Virus record (IMG/VR): IMGVR_UViG_3300035182_000178
Span: 1-61,535 of that record
Strand: one strand, 5' to 3'
Origin: a virus
Lineage: Duplodnaviria; Caudoviricetes
DNA length: 61,535 bases
Within the stretch, counting starts at the first letter, position 1, and each line of letters starts with the position of its first letter. Below are positions 8,952 to 17,801 of the stretch, piece by piece. The position numbers were made by a program, and so were the translations under genes. The notes under the pieces were generated by a model. The model was not told the origin of the DNA. It ran no database searches and saw only the letters and a program-made list of their open reading frames with translations.

Positions 8952-9169
8952 TCAAACTTCTCCTTTCTTATTTCAAGCGCAGCGTCTGCCATGTTAGCCG
9001 CGAACGCAGCCGCGTCCTTTACTGACACAACATCGGGATTAGCACACATACTGGTCAATGCCGCAATGAAATATCGATCCCATGCCTCCGACCAACGTGG
9101 TTTACGCAACTGCTCAACTCTATCAGCGGCTTTTTCCATTTCGCTCAGCTTATCTATTATGCTACTCAT
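8948..9169 (-). CDS. hypothetical protein
   Basis: DRYFIAAL...AANMADAAL small phage protein pattern; ATGA overlap with the glycosyltransferase. Confidence 0.6.
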   Translation of the reverse strand: MSSIIDKLSEMEKAADRVEQLRKPRWSEAWDRYFIAALTSMCANPDVVSVKDAAAFAANMADAALEIRKEKFE

Positions 9170-9314
9170 AGCTTTTCTTCCTTCCTAAAACGCCCTCACA
9201 CCAGAGCATAGTTTCGGCGGACCTACGCAGAGATCACGATTGTTTCTCCGGCATCTTTACATAGGTGCTCACCATAAAACTCTTGCGTTATTGATAGCAC
9301 CAGCCGTACGGTTA

Positions 9315-9668
9315 CTACTCGTCGCAAGCGCCCTTTACCCATCTATATTCGTAACCGCGCTTTCGGTTATAGACCTTTGCGCCATCACGATTCTGCTTCT
9401 CAATAAAACCCATTTTCTCGAGCTTCCGGAGAAAGGGAGTAGATACAGTCGACGCATAGCCGAGACGCTGCTCAATCTGCGCTTGCGTTGACCATGTTTC
9501 AGAAAAAATAACTTTTGAATACCGATCGATAGCTTCTTGGGTATGCTGTTCGCGACCCTTCTGCGCAATCGCTTTCCAGCGTTCGAGTTTGGCATCGTCC
9601 GTACCCTTGTTGCGGTTGAAATGACTGGCAGCTTTACCTGCCGCCTCAATCTGAGCTACGAGACTCAT
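9315..9668 (-). CDS. winged-helix DNA-binding protein
   Basis: STQAQIEQRLGYASTVSTPFLRKLEKMGFIEK. Confidence 0.6.
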   Translation of the reverse strand: MSLVAQIEAAGKAASHFNRNKGTDDAKLERWKAIAQKGREQHTQEAIDRYSKVIFSETWSTQAQIEQRLGYASTVSTPFLRKLEKMGFIEKQNRDGAKVYNRKRGYEYRWVKGACDE

Positions 9669-10219
9669 TTTTCTTTCACCTGCTGAGTCGCATGATCGCC
9701 GTTATAGCGACCACGAACAGCGTAAGACTTGTCTTCCGGCACTGGCTCTGAACGCCAGAAGATCATCTGACCGATACGAACATTGTGGTGGAGACGAATC
9801 GTGTGCCAGTTGCAGAAGTTGGTTAGTTCTAGCGTTAGAACACTGTCGTGCCAGCGTGGATCGCACCAAGTAGCCAGCGAATTTTCCAAGCCAACGCGAG
9901 CGCCAGAGCTATTGAGCTTGAACTCACAGCTGATGTCGTTCGGCAAGAAGAACTTCTCGGTCGTCGAAGCAAGGATAAACGCCTTAGGCCGTAGGTCAAA
10001 GTAACTGTTCGTGATGTCGACTTCTTGCATGAACAATTGTTCTTTGTCGCGCAAAGAAATGGTTGGGTTACTTTCCGGGTAGCATTCGAACTGCACCTTC
10101 TGACCTAGGTGAACGTCAATAGACGTGCCGTTGATGTCCTTAGGGTCTACCCCGGTAATGTAACCACGTTCAACAAACTCGCATAATTCGTTATAGCTTA
10201 TTAGACTTTTTTGCTTCAT
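9665..10219 (-). CDS. dcd: dCTP deaminase (trimeric dUTPase fold)
   Basis: INGTSIDVHLG, FILASTTE, SSGARVGL, DPRWHDSVLTLELTN, RIGQMIF, GRYNG. Confidence 0.85.
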   Translation of the reverse strand: MKQKSLISYNELCEFVERGYITGVDPKDINGTSIDVHLGQKVQFECYPESNPTISLRDKEQLFMQEVDITNSYFDLRPKAFILASTTEKFFLPNDISCEFKLNSSGARVGLENSLATWCDPRWHDSVLTLELTNFCNWHTIRLHHNVRIGQMIFWRSEPVPEDKSYAVRGRYNGDHATQQVKEK

Positions 10220-10376
10220 CTTCCTTCTCCTTCTGTGGTTGCAGTTGTTCGTGTTCGACACAAGTGTCAGTCGCTTTGGTCTTCTTGCCGAAGATGCGCT
10301 CGTAGCTGTCGCGTCCTTTTTCAGACAAGATCCCTTTGGTTCTGATCTTGTCCCCTGTTATGTCATTTCTGCTCAT
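10191..10376 (-). CDS. small hypothetical phage protein
   Basis: MSRNDITGDKIRTK...YERIFGKK; overlaps both neighbours. Confidence 0.5.
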   Translation of the reverse strand: MSRNDITGDKIRTKGILSEKGRDSYERIFGKKTKATDTCVEHEQLQPQKEKEDEAKKSNKL

Positions 10377-10870
10377 GTTTGTTCCTCAGCGCCTTGGATG
10401 GCTGCTAACTGTTCGTCCATTTCAATAGTCCCAAAACAAAGGTTATCAGCAGAAGGAGTGTGTCCGGTAATACGATCTGGTACGCCGATTTCTTGTAGCA
10501 CCTCGGCCTGCGAAGTAGAGCAGCAAGTAACAACAGGGACGACTTTTCCTTTATGGACATGGCGTCCTACAAGTTCATCGGCTGTCGGTAATCCATTCCT
10601 GGTTGCATTTGTCTCGCAGCGTTCGCATAAAATAGCATCGTCTGAAGGATTTGATGTAAACGTCAGGTGACGATCATGTGATGAGACAACCATACCGCAC
10701 CAGAACTGCACGGCGATGTGAGGGCGCTTGTGGATGCTGTAGGTAGATCCGCTCCGTGGCCGGTGTATCAATACACCACGTGAATTCTCAACAAACGGTA
10801 GACAGGCTTTCCACGGTGCTTGTCTGCTGACAATGTGCTTTGGTTTTTCCAGGTCAATAAGTGTACTCAC
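10373..10870 (-). CDS. hypothetical Cys-containing protein
   Basis: GGAG RBS, GTG start; FWCG and LCERCE. Confidence 0.55.
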   Translation of the reverse strand: MSTLIDLEKPKHIVSRQAPWKACLPFVENSRGVLIHRPRSGSTYSIHKRPHIAVQFWCGMVVSSHDRHLTFTSNPSDDAILCERCETNATRNGLPTADELVGRHVHKGKVVPVVTCCSTSQAEVLQEIGVPDRITGHTPSADNLCFGTIEMDEQLAAIQGAEEQT

Positions 10871-11168
10871 GATAATCTCCAAAAAAGACTCCCAGACGAA
10901 ACTCCATCCTTGAAGCAAGGTCAGGCAACTGAAGTTAAGAAGCTATGTCTGGGAGTTGGAAACCGTTAGTCGTTTGCATTCGGTCTTCACTCGACCGGCC
11001 TTGACATTGGCGTGAATCTGTCTAGCGTATTCCTTGCACTCGTTGTACGTTTGCATTGGATATTCGTTGACAGAAGTCGTCCCTCTGTACATGTACACCA
11101 CAATAAGGAGGACTTTCATGTAGCACCTTTCTATCTGTATGAATACTTGTTATGGGTATTGTAGCACA

Positions 11169-13076
11169 CTACCCAGCTAACCCCCAATTGGCACCGCGAC
11201 CATCAGACACCAAAACAGGAACTACCAGCTTGTAGGCAGAAGTCATGATGTGTTTCATGTGCAAAGCTGCTTCCTCGTGACGCGGATTACCTGTCTCTAT
11301 ACTCATGCCTAACTCGTCATACACCGTGTTATGGTACATACCAAGAACGTCGGTGACTCCGTCTTGTACGCCCATAACCATCGCTTTCTTGATCCAATCA
11401 GCATTAGCCCCCTGCATGATAGCGTTCGCGGCTTTGTGCGTATGTGCGCGTTTGACCGCACCCCATGCCCTAATGGCAGCTTCTTTGTCTCTGGTGGGTT
11501 TCCATTTGTCTGGGTCTTTGGCTCGCTCTTCGGGACTAACCCACTTCGCACACTCCCAGGACTCAAATCTACGGCGGCGACCCCCTATGGTCATCACCCA
11601 ACCACGCGCCTGAGCGCGTTCCATGGCCTTATTGGACATTGCTTTTACGAACGGAGCGCGTTCATGATACTGGTTAAGAATCACCAAAGATTCTTTCTTG
11701 CTCAGCCCCAAAGACGAGGCCAATTTCTCTACGCCCATCCCGTACGCAAGACCAAAGTTAATGTTCTTCGCTTGCTTCCGGGTAAGCCCGGTGAGCTGAG
11801 CACACATTTCGTGGAAATCTGTTGCTGGATCTTCTTGGTACATTCGGAGCGCTGCTTCCACACCGCTGCGAGGAATTGTACTCGCAAAATGTACCATGAG
11901 GCGATATTCCATTTGGCTAAGGTCATAGCGAAGCCATTCGCACCCAACTTCAGGAAGGAACATCCCACGACACTTTTGAGAAAAATACGGATCTTTCTCT
12001 GGATTCGGAATGTTCGCAAGATTGGGGTGCGCGGTTGAAGTGCGACCTGTAACAGTTCCATATTCGTCTCCTTTGAGTTGATTGAAAATCGCATGAACAC
12101 GTCCGTTGACGTGCGAATTAAGGATATATCCTTGAATAAACGTATTTAGGAAATGTCGGTACTTCTTTGCATCCCTGATTGCACCAAGGAACGGTACTTG
12201 GTCTTCAAGTGTTGCGAGGACTTTACTGTTGAGTTTGGGATTACCGATTATAATGCCCTTCTTGAGCATCGCTGACGTCGGGGGATGGCGAGGATACGAC
12301 ACACCGAGCTTGTCAAGCTCTGCGGCAATCTGAGTAGAAGAACCAGCGTTAATTCCCGCGAATGACTTTTCCAGTTCTCGAAGTTTCTCGGCCCACTCAG
12401 CTTGAAGTGTTTCGGCATATTGAACATCGACGCGTACTCCTGTTAGATGCATACGAACAAGGATGGGGAGCAGGGCACATTCTACTTTCCAAATGTCTAG
12501 CAGACCTTGTTCTTCAAGAAGCGGTAACTGCTTGTCAAGTATTCGTATAGGTAAGTCGACGTCGCCTTTGGCGTAAGGTTCGACGATGTGAGCCGGACAT
12601 TTCCAGATGAATTTCTTTTCATGACCCGGCTTCGCTTTGAAGTGCTGACGGATATAGGTCAGCATTTCGTCTTCTACTTTACCTTCGCCGAGGTATTCTT
12701 GAGCCAGTGTTTCGAGTGCGTAACTGAACCTCTCTTCGTCGATAAGAGGTTCCGCAACTTGGATGTCGAAGAACGGGCCTTCCACTTGCACACCTTCAGA
12801 CCATAGGAACATAAGGTCGTATGCAAGGTTGGCACCACATTTAGGTATAGGTGTGGAGAGTTGTTCACTGAGCCAGCGTAGAACGGTATTCCTGTCAAGG
12901 TTTCCGCCTCCTTCATGGCGGATAGGAAAGTACCAGCGAGCTGTGCGCGTCCCGATAGCGACACCGGCAATATACCCGTCACGAACTGCTCCCGGCCCTT
13001 TTTCCTTGAGGTCAGGGTCGTAGGTTTCACAGTCAATGGAGATAATGTCTGCATTTTGTAGGTTTGGAAACATCAT
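11169..13076 (-). CDS. polA: family A DNA polymerase with 3'-5' exonuclease domain
   Basis: IDCET (ExoI), NLAYD (ExoII), YAKGD (ExoIII), TVTGRTS, DLSQMEYR (A), RKQAKNINFGLAYG (B), TVYDEL (C). Confidence 0.95.
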   Translation of the reverse strand: MMFPNLQNADIISIDCETYDPDLKEKGPGAVRDGYIAGVAIGTRTARWYFPIRHEGGGNLDRNTVLRWLSEQLSTPIPKCGANLAYDLMFLWSEGVQVEGPFFDIQVAEPLIDEERFSYALETLAQEYLGEGKVEDEMLTYIRQHFKAKPGHEKKFIWKCPAHIVEPYAKGDVDLPIRILDKQLPLLEEQGLLDIWKVECALLPILVRMHLTGVRVDVQYAETLQAEWAEKLRELEKSFAGINAGSSTQIAAELDKLGVSYPRHPPTSAMLKKGIIIGNPKLNSKVLATLEDQVPFLGAIRDAKKYRHFLNTFIQGYILNSHVNGRVHAIFNQLKGDEYGTVTGRTSTAHPNLANIPNPEKDPYFSQKCRGMFLPEVGCEWLRYDLSQMEYRLMVHFASTIPRSGVEAALRMYQEDPATDFHEMCAQLTGLTRKQAKNINFGLAYGMGVEKLASSLGLSKKESLVILNQYHERAPFVKAMSNKAMERAQARGWVMTIGGRRRRFESWECAKWVSPEERAKDPDKWKPTRDKEAAIRAWGAVKRAHTHKAANAIMQGANADWIKKAMVMGVQDGVTDVLGMYHNTVYDELGMSIETGNPRHEEAALHMKHIMTSAYKLVVPVLVSDGRGANWGLAG

Positions 13077-13230
13077 AGATAAATGAGTCCTCTGTTACAG
13101 GTCCGAAGAACCAGGTGTGAATGATTACCGATCACGCAAGGTAAACATCATGAGATACCTGACCGAAACCCGCTGCGTGGTCTTCACTTCAACACCCAGA
13201 ACCTCGTACAGATTCTTTCATGTCAGTTCC

Positions 13231-13620
13231 TTACTTTTCAATCTTCTTACATTCTATGAAGACACGAAGACCTTCGGTGGCGGCGATCAGTTGGGAGACA
13301 CTTTTCCAGTGCATAATGCAGTCGATCAAGTAAATCTCTTCTTGAGGAAGACTGTTACTTACACAGAACCTCTGGAAAAGTGTTTCGTTCTTACGCGCCC
13401 CGCGAATGATTCCAGTGTAGCTGTGGATACATTCCAGGCGCTTAACAACGTACGAAAGCGCCTTTTCAAGATCAATGACACCGTTTTTCTTCCGCCAACG
13501 AGTGATATATTTCGTCGCCGCGTATTCCAGATTGGGTACATTGACTTCTACGCAGTAGTCCCAGTGTTGGTAGTCTGCCTTGTAATGCGTCCCCGCGACC
13601 TGTTTGCTGTCACTTATCAT
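13231..13620 (-). CDS. DUF3310 / T7 gp1.7-like putative nucleotide kinase
   Basis: QVAGTHYK, KYITRWRKKNGVIDLEKALSY. Confidence 0.7.
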   Translation of the reverse strand: MISDSKQVAGTHYKADYQHWDYCVEVNVPNLEYAATKYITRWRKKNGVIDLEKALSYVVKRLECIHSYTGIIRGARKNETLFQRFCVSNSLPQEEIYLIDCIMHWKSVSQLIAATEGLRVFIECKKIEK

Positions 13621-14128
13621 ATGTGCTTTCTACGCTACGAAGAGATGAGACGACTGAATCCAGAAGTATCTTGGCTTTCGCTGGTAATTCCGACAGTTCG
13701 AATGAATCAAAGAACTGAACACCGTTTCGAAGAGGTTCGATGGCGTTCTTGTTGCCCATGTTGATTTCGTCAATACAGAACTGGCACAGTTCCATCATGT
13801 CAGCGAACTTCAGCTCCCGGGTTTCTTCTGCTGTCAGGTTCTGAGTCAGGTTATAACGCTTGTCAAATTCTGCTTCTTGAAGCGAGAGCTGACGCCGTAA
13901 TTCAGGCGAACGCCACTTCGTTGTGGCCGGGATATCACCTGTTTCCAGTTCGGCGAGATCGTGATAAAGAGCCGCTTTCAGAAGTTCTGGACGCACGTTT
14001 CCTTCGTAGATGTGAAGAAGAATCACAGCCACACCGTAGGAATGCTCGGCGAGACTCTGATCACGAGTAGTGGGTATGGTGTGAAAACGCTTCACACGAC
14101 TTGCAAAACGAAGACTATTGTAGCTCAT
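13610..14128 (-). CDS. HD-domain 5'-deoxynucleotidase (YfbR-like)
   Basis: VKRFH, QSLAEHSY, ALYHDLAELETGDIP, LKFADMME. Confidence 0.85.
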   Translation of the reverse strand: MSYNSLRFASRVKRFHTIPTTRDQSLAEHSYGVAVILLHIYEGNVRPELLKAALYHDLAELETGDIPATTKWRSPELRRQLSLQEAEFDKRYNLTQNLTAEETRELKFADMMELCQFCIDEINMGNKNAIEPLRNGVQFFDSFELSELPAKAKILLDSVVSSLRSVESTYDK

Positions 14129-15096
14129 TTCTTGTCCTTGTTATAACGACGCTCAAGCCATTCGGTTGTGTACAAGCGCCAGTCGTCGGCACGAATGTTG
14201 TTGACGAAATCAAGACCGTTGCGGTAGTGCTTGTGGGCAATGAAGACTTCCCACATAGGCTTGACTACTTCCACAAAGAACGGGGTATCGAAGGAAACGC
14301 GTTCGTAGTTTTCGAAGAAGTTAATGAGATCAGAATTGAACTTATCGCGTGTAGTTTCCTTGAACAGGGGATAGAATGTCACAGCTCCTTCTCGGTATGG
14401 GTCTGTGATGTGAACATGGTGGTTCTTTACTTTTTCCCATTTATCGTTCAATTCCGTGTAGACATGCATGGAGTCGGTAGTCTGGTGATAGACGCCTACT
14501 TCGCAACCGATACACCCGGCCATGTATTCTTGAAGGATGCTGAACTGAGGCATGTTGGCCCCGGTCATACCCCAGATGAAATCATTACTACGATTGAACA
14601 CGTGGATATTCAAAGCACCATTGCGAATTTTGCAAGCGATCGCGGTGTTACACGGTTGATCTTTACCGGAATACCACATATCGTCCGGTTTACGAATCTG
14701 TAAAACAACGCGACGATCATCTGGATTTTGCTTGAGAATCTCAATCGCTTTCTCAATCTGGTCATTCGGGTGGCGCATACGATGCCCGTAAGCACCGTAG
14801 AAGACATCGCCGTTGTCACTATACTCTTTGAATGTAGAAACAATGTCTGCCAGGAACTCTACATCTTGTTGGCCAGCGAGAATCCACAGTGGTTCGAAGA
14901 AGTGTAAGAACGGGTTGATGTCACGAACTTTGTCAAACAGTACTCGCTCTTGTGGGCGTGTGTATGAGATACTGACGGGGTTCTCGTATTCAATAACAGG
15001 TCCATTACGACTTGCCCGTCGTTCACCACGACAATTCAAGAACAAGATTCCTCTCGGGAATGCATCGTTCACATTTCTGGCTTTGATTGTGTCCAT
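14125..15096 (-). CDS. thymidylate synthase-fold dUMP hydroxymethylase
   Basis: SRNG, NPFLHFFEPLWILAG, GAYGHR, DDRRVVLQI, DQPCN (catalytic Cys), RSNDFIWGMTGAN (Asn, uracil-type), SMHVY. Confidence 0.8.
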   Translation of the reverse strand: MDTIKARNVNDAFPRGILFLNCRGERRASRNGPVIEYENPVSISYTRPQERVLFDKVRDINPFLHFFEPLWILAGQQDVEFLADIVSTFKEYSDNGDVFYGAYGHRMRHPNDQIEKAIEILKQNPDDRRVVLQIRKPDDMWYSGKDQPCNTAIACKIRNGALNIHVFNRSNDFIWGMTGANMPQFSILQEYMAGCIGCEVGVYHQTTDSMHVYTELNDKWEKVKNHHVHITDPYREGAVTFYPLFKETTRDKFNSDLINFFENYERVSFDTPFFVEVVKPMWEVFIAHKHYRNGLDFVNNIRADDWRLYTTEWLERRYNKDKK

Positions 15097-15278
15097 TAAC
15101 GCTTTCCTCCAGTTTTGTGGTAGTTCTCCCACCACACTTTGCATTTACGATACTGGCTGACTGCTGCTTCCACAGAAACGCACCAACCATTAGGGTCACC
15201 TTTGACACGGAACATTTCTTTACCGGAAATCGCCCCGTGTTTCTTGGCTACAACAATCTTTTCAGCCTCGGCCATCAT
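15096..15278 (-). CDS. hypothetical protein
   Basis: Short ORF coupled between the kinase-family and hydroxymethylase genes. Confidence 0.5.
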   Translation of the reverse strand: MMAEAEKIVVAKKHGAISGKEMFRVKGDPNGWCVSVEAAVSQYRKCKVWWENYHKTGGKR

Positions 15279-16104
15279 ACTTACTCCGCACCTTACCGCC
15301 ATCATACTTCAAACGCATGTACTTGTCAAACTCACACATACAGTTCTGTATGTCGTGAAGCGCAATGTCTTCTCCAAGGCGGCTATTGACTATTTTCTGT
15401 ATGTCCAGTAGTTCACGCGTCCCCTGCTGTTGTTTAATTGTACCACCCAAGGGGCGTCCGTATAAACGGTTCAAGCCACGAGTAGATCCTGGGCCGAGGG
15501 GTGCGAACGTGTTCCAGTCTGCGGCTGCGATGAGCGGGTGTGTGTACTTCAAATCCGCAATAACTTGACCAGCCATAAACGAAGAGAAGCCCTGAAACTG
15601 CTGAAGATAATTCCAATATTCTTCGAGTGACTGACCGACCACCGGGTTCTTGATCGTACTCAAGAGGGGTTTGAATACGACATCACACACGTAGTCAATC
15701 TTGTCCATAGAAAGACCGCAGGTTGATACCGTATAGGCACCAGTGAAAATCTTGTGCCCACCGACATCGCGACGACATTTCAACTTATCACGAACTTTAT
15801 TGAGGTCCGGTGATTCAGAAAATATTTCGTCTTGTATAGCGTGCAAGGTATCTGGCCAGTTGAAAATACGCGCGACGCACATGGCAAAGGCGAGGTTCTT
15901 GTGCGTGCTGAACATGTTCATCCAGTTTTCTTGGATCCAAATACTGACGCGGTCATCGTTTCGGCGTACGTTACAAAACTTGTAGTCGCGAAGGATCGGG
16001 TCTTTCGTCCAAGGTTTCGGGGAACCGAGTACGTCTTTCTGGATACGAATTGCTTCGCGTTCCGTGATCCAGTGAAGCAACTCAGAAAGGGCAGTTTCCA
16101 CCAT
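15262..16104 (-). CDS. aGPT-Pplase1 family / 5-hmdU DNA kinase-like helical protein
   Basis: WITEREAIR, PWTKDPILRDYKFCNVRRNDDRVS, RIFNWPDT, IFTGAY, FMAGQVIADL, GPGSTRGLNRL, DIQNCMCEFDKYMR. Confidence 0.85.
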   Translation of the reverse strand: MVETALSELLHWITEREAIRIQKDVLGSPKPWTKDPILRDYKFCNVRRNDDRVSIWIQENWMNMFSTHKNLAFAMCVARIFNWPDTLHAIQDEIFSESPDLNKVRDKLKCRRDVGGHKIFTGAYTVSTCGLSMDKIDYVCDVVFKPLLSTIKNPVVGQSLEEYWNYLQQFQGFSSFMAGQVIADLKYTHPLIAAADWNTFAPLGPGSTRGLNRLYGRPLGGTIKQQQGTRELLDIQKIVNSRLGEDIALHDIQNCMCEFDKYMRLKYDGGKVRSKYDGRG

Positions 16105-16271
16105 TATATTTCTCCCAGTAAAGTTTCCCGTCAATCGGGTCACGAATATAACGACCTTTTTCGCCACGGTATTCAAAATACGCAGTGGTGAGGCTGTGAG
16201 ACTCGAACTTCAGTCCTGAAAGAAACACTGTCTCACCTTTCCAAGGGCCGTCTGCGCAAATAAAATCTGAC

Positions 16272-17801
16272 TTAATATTGATACCCGTACCTTCCTTGCG
16301 GTAGCACGATGGTGACGTCTTGCTTGCTTCTTGTGACTGCGACATAGGCGCATCTGTGTTCGGAACATGGGTCACGCTGCATCTCCTCATAAGTTTTTCG
16401 TGACATATCAGACAAAATGATCACGTGGTCGGCTTCACCACCCTTGACACCGTGGATCGTGTTAACGTGAACACGGGCTTCTCCGGAAAGACGCTGTCTG
16501 CGCCTGAGCATACCGATATAAAATTCTCTCTTTTCGAGCGGTATTCCCAGTAGTGCTTTGTGCCACACGGGTTTATCAAGAAGTCCGTAATGATCTCGGA
16601 GAGTTTCCCATGTGAAATACTCGTCGGACTTGTCGATGTCGTTAAGTAAGGATTTCCCTCCACGCTGGAGTATAGTACCAACCCGTAAAAACTCGTAGAC
16701 AAGTTGGGCGGATTCAAGAGGTATGGCCTCACCACGCCTAAGAGATTCCCAGGCACTGATCGCACGAACATGCTCTTGATCGACTGCTCTTGTATCATTT
16801 CGCCCAGTGTAGTTGAATCCTCGTAGCTTGAGAAATTCGTATACTTCCTTCAGCAAATAGACATTGCGAACAAGGATGAGCGTACTTTGCTCAGGGTTAA
16901 TCTTAACTGCATCTAAAGTGCTAACGTAAGCCAGTTTGCCGGGGTGGCCTGCGGGTGTAAAAGGCTTGTCGAAGCGTTGCCTGACGCGGCCTATTAGGCT
17001 CGCGGCCTTATTGTATGCTGCCATAGGCAAGCGGTAACTGTGAGCTAGCACAGTAACTTCCCCGGCAAGGCTAAGGAACGTATTTAAGTCGGCACCAGAC
17101 CACTTGAAAATAGATTGGTCGTCGTCTCCGGCTATAGTGACTTTCTCGCAGTCCTGGAAACAACGTTGCAAAACTTCCCATTGAATACGAGACAAGTCCT
17201 GTGCTTCGTCAATGTACGCATAACGCACACTGATAGGATTACCTGATTCAATGTACCTGTCTAGTAGATCTGTAAAGTCTAGCTTACCGTTCCGTTTTTT
17301 ATATTCCCTGTATGCATTTGAAAATCTTTCTACTTCTGCGAACATTGTGTTGCTGTCTGAGTCTTTCCAGACGTCTCGCAAAGGTTTTCGCATCACCCTC
17401 GCCAAGTTATCTATAAACAGAAACTTGGCTCCTTTGTCTTGATCTGGGAGAACCAAAGCGCCGTCTTCAATGTTGATTGAAGCATTAAGTTCGTAACCCA
17501 GTAAAGCGCCTAGTTCAGCGTAGTTTTCTCTGGACATCAGATCACTACGCTGACAGCTCAGTTGTCTATAACAAAGTGCGTGGATAGTCTGGAAAAACGG
17601 CAGTCGGTCTTTGGTAAAGCCGAAACGCTCACTGACACGCTGTACAGCTTCACCGACGGCTTTCTTTGTAAAACTGACGAGCGCTATTTCGTTAGGTTCG
17701 ACGGAAACCAAATCCTGTTCGATTCTATTCAGAATCTCAGTTGTCTTACCAGTGCCAGGAGGACCTAGTAAGACAAACTGGTTAGACGCTATCTGCATCA
17801 A
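16272..17801 (-). CDS. SF1 UvrD/Rep-like DNA helicase
   Basis: GPPGTGKTT, TIHALC, IDEAQD, AGDDDQSIF, SYRLP, TIHGVKGGEAD, YVAVTR. Confidence 0.9.
   Translation of the reverse strand: MMQIASNQFVLLGPPGTGKTTEILNRIEQDLVSVEPNEIALVSFTKKAVGEAVQRVSERFGFTKDRLPFFQTIHALCYRQLSCQRSDLMSRENYAELGALLGYELNASINIEDGALVLPDQDKGAKFLFIDNLARVMRKPLRDVWKDSDSNTMFAEVERFSNAYREYKKRNGKLDFTDLLDRYIESGNPISVRYAYIDEAQDLSRIQWEVLQRCFQDCEKVTIAGDDDQSIFKWSGADLNTFLSLAGEVTVLAHSYRLPMAAYNKAASLIGRVRQRFDKPFTPAGHPGKLAYVSTLDAVKINPEQSTLILVRNVYLLKEVYEFLKLRGFNYTGRNDTRAVDQEHVRAISAWESLRRGEAIPLESAQLVYEFLRVGTILQRGGKSLLNDIDKSDEYFTWETLRDHYGLLDKPVWHKALLGIPLEKREFYIGMLRRRQRLSGEARVHVNTIHGVKGGEADHVIILSDMSRKTYEEMQRDPCSEHRCAYVAVTRSKQDVTIVLPQGRYGYQY

Noticed and set aside
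13610-14128. DatZ and a 2-aminoadenine (Z) genome
   Set aside because: No PurZ or MazZ visible; the gene context is pyrimidine modification
14125-15096. T4-like dCMP hydroxymethylase giving glucosyl-hmC
   Set aside because: The specificity position is Asn (GAN) rather than Asp, and dCTP deaminase plus an hmU kinase-family gene point to uracil; disfavoured but not experimentally excluded
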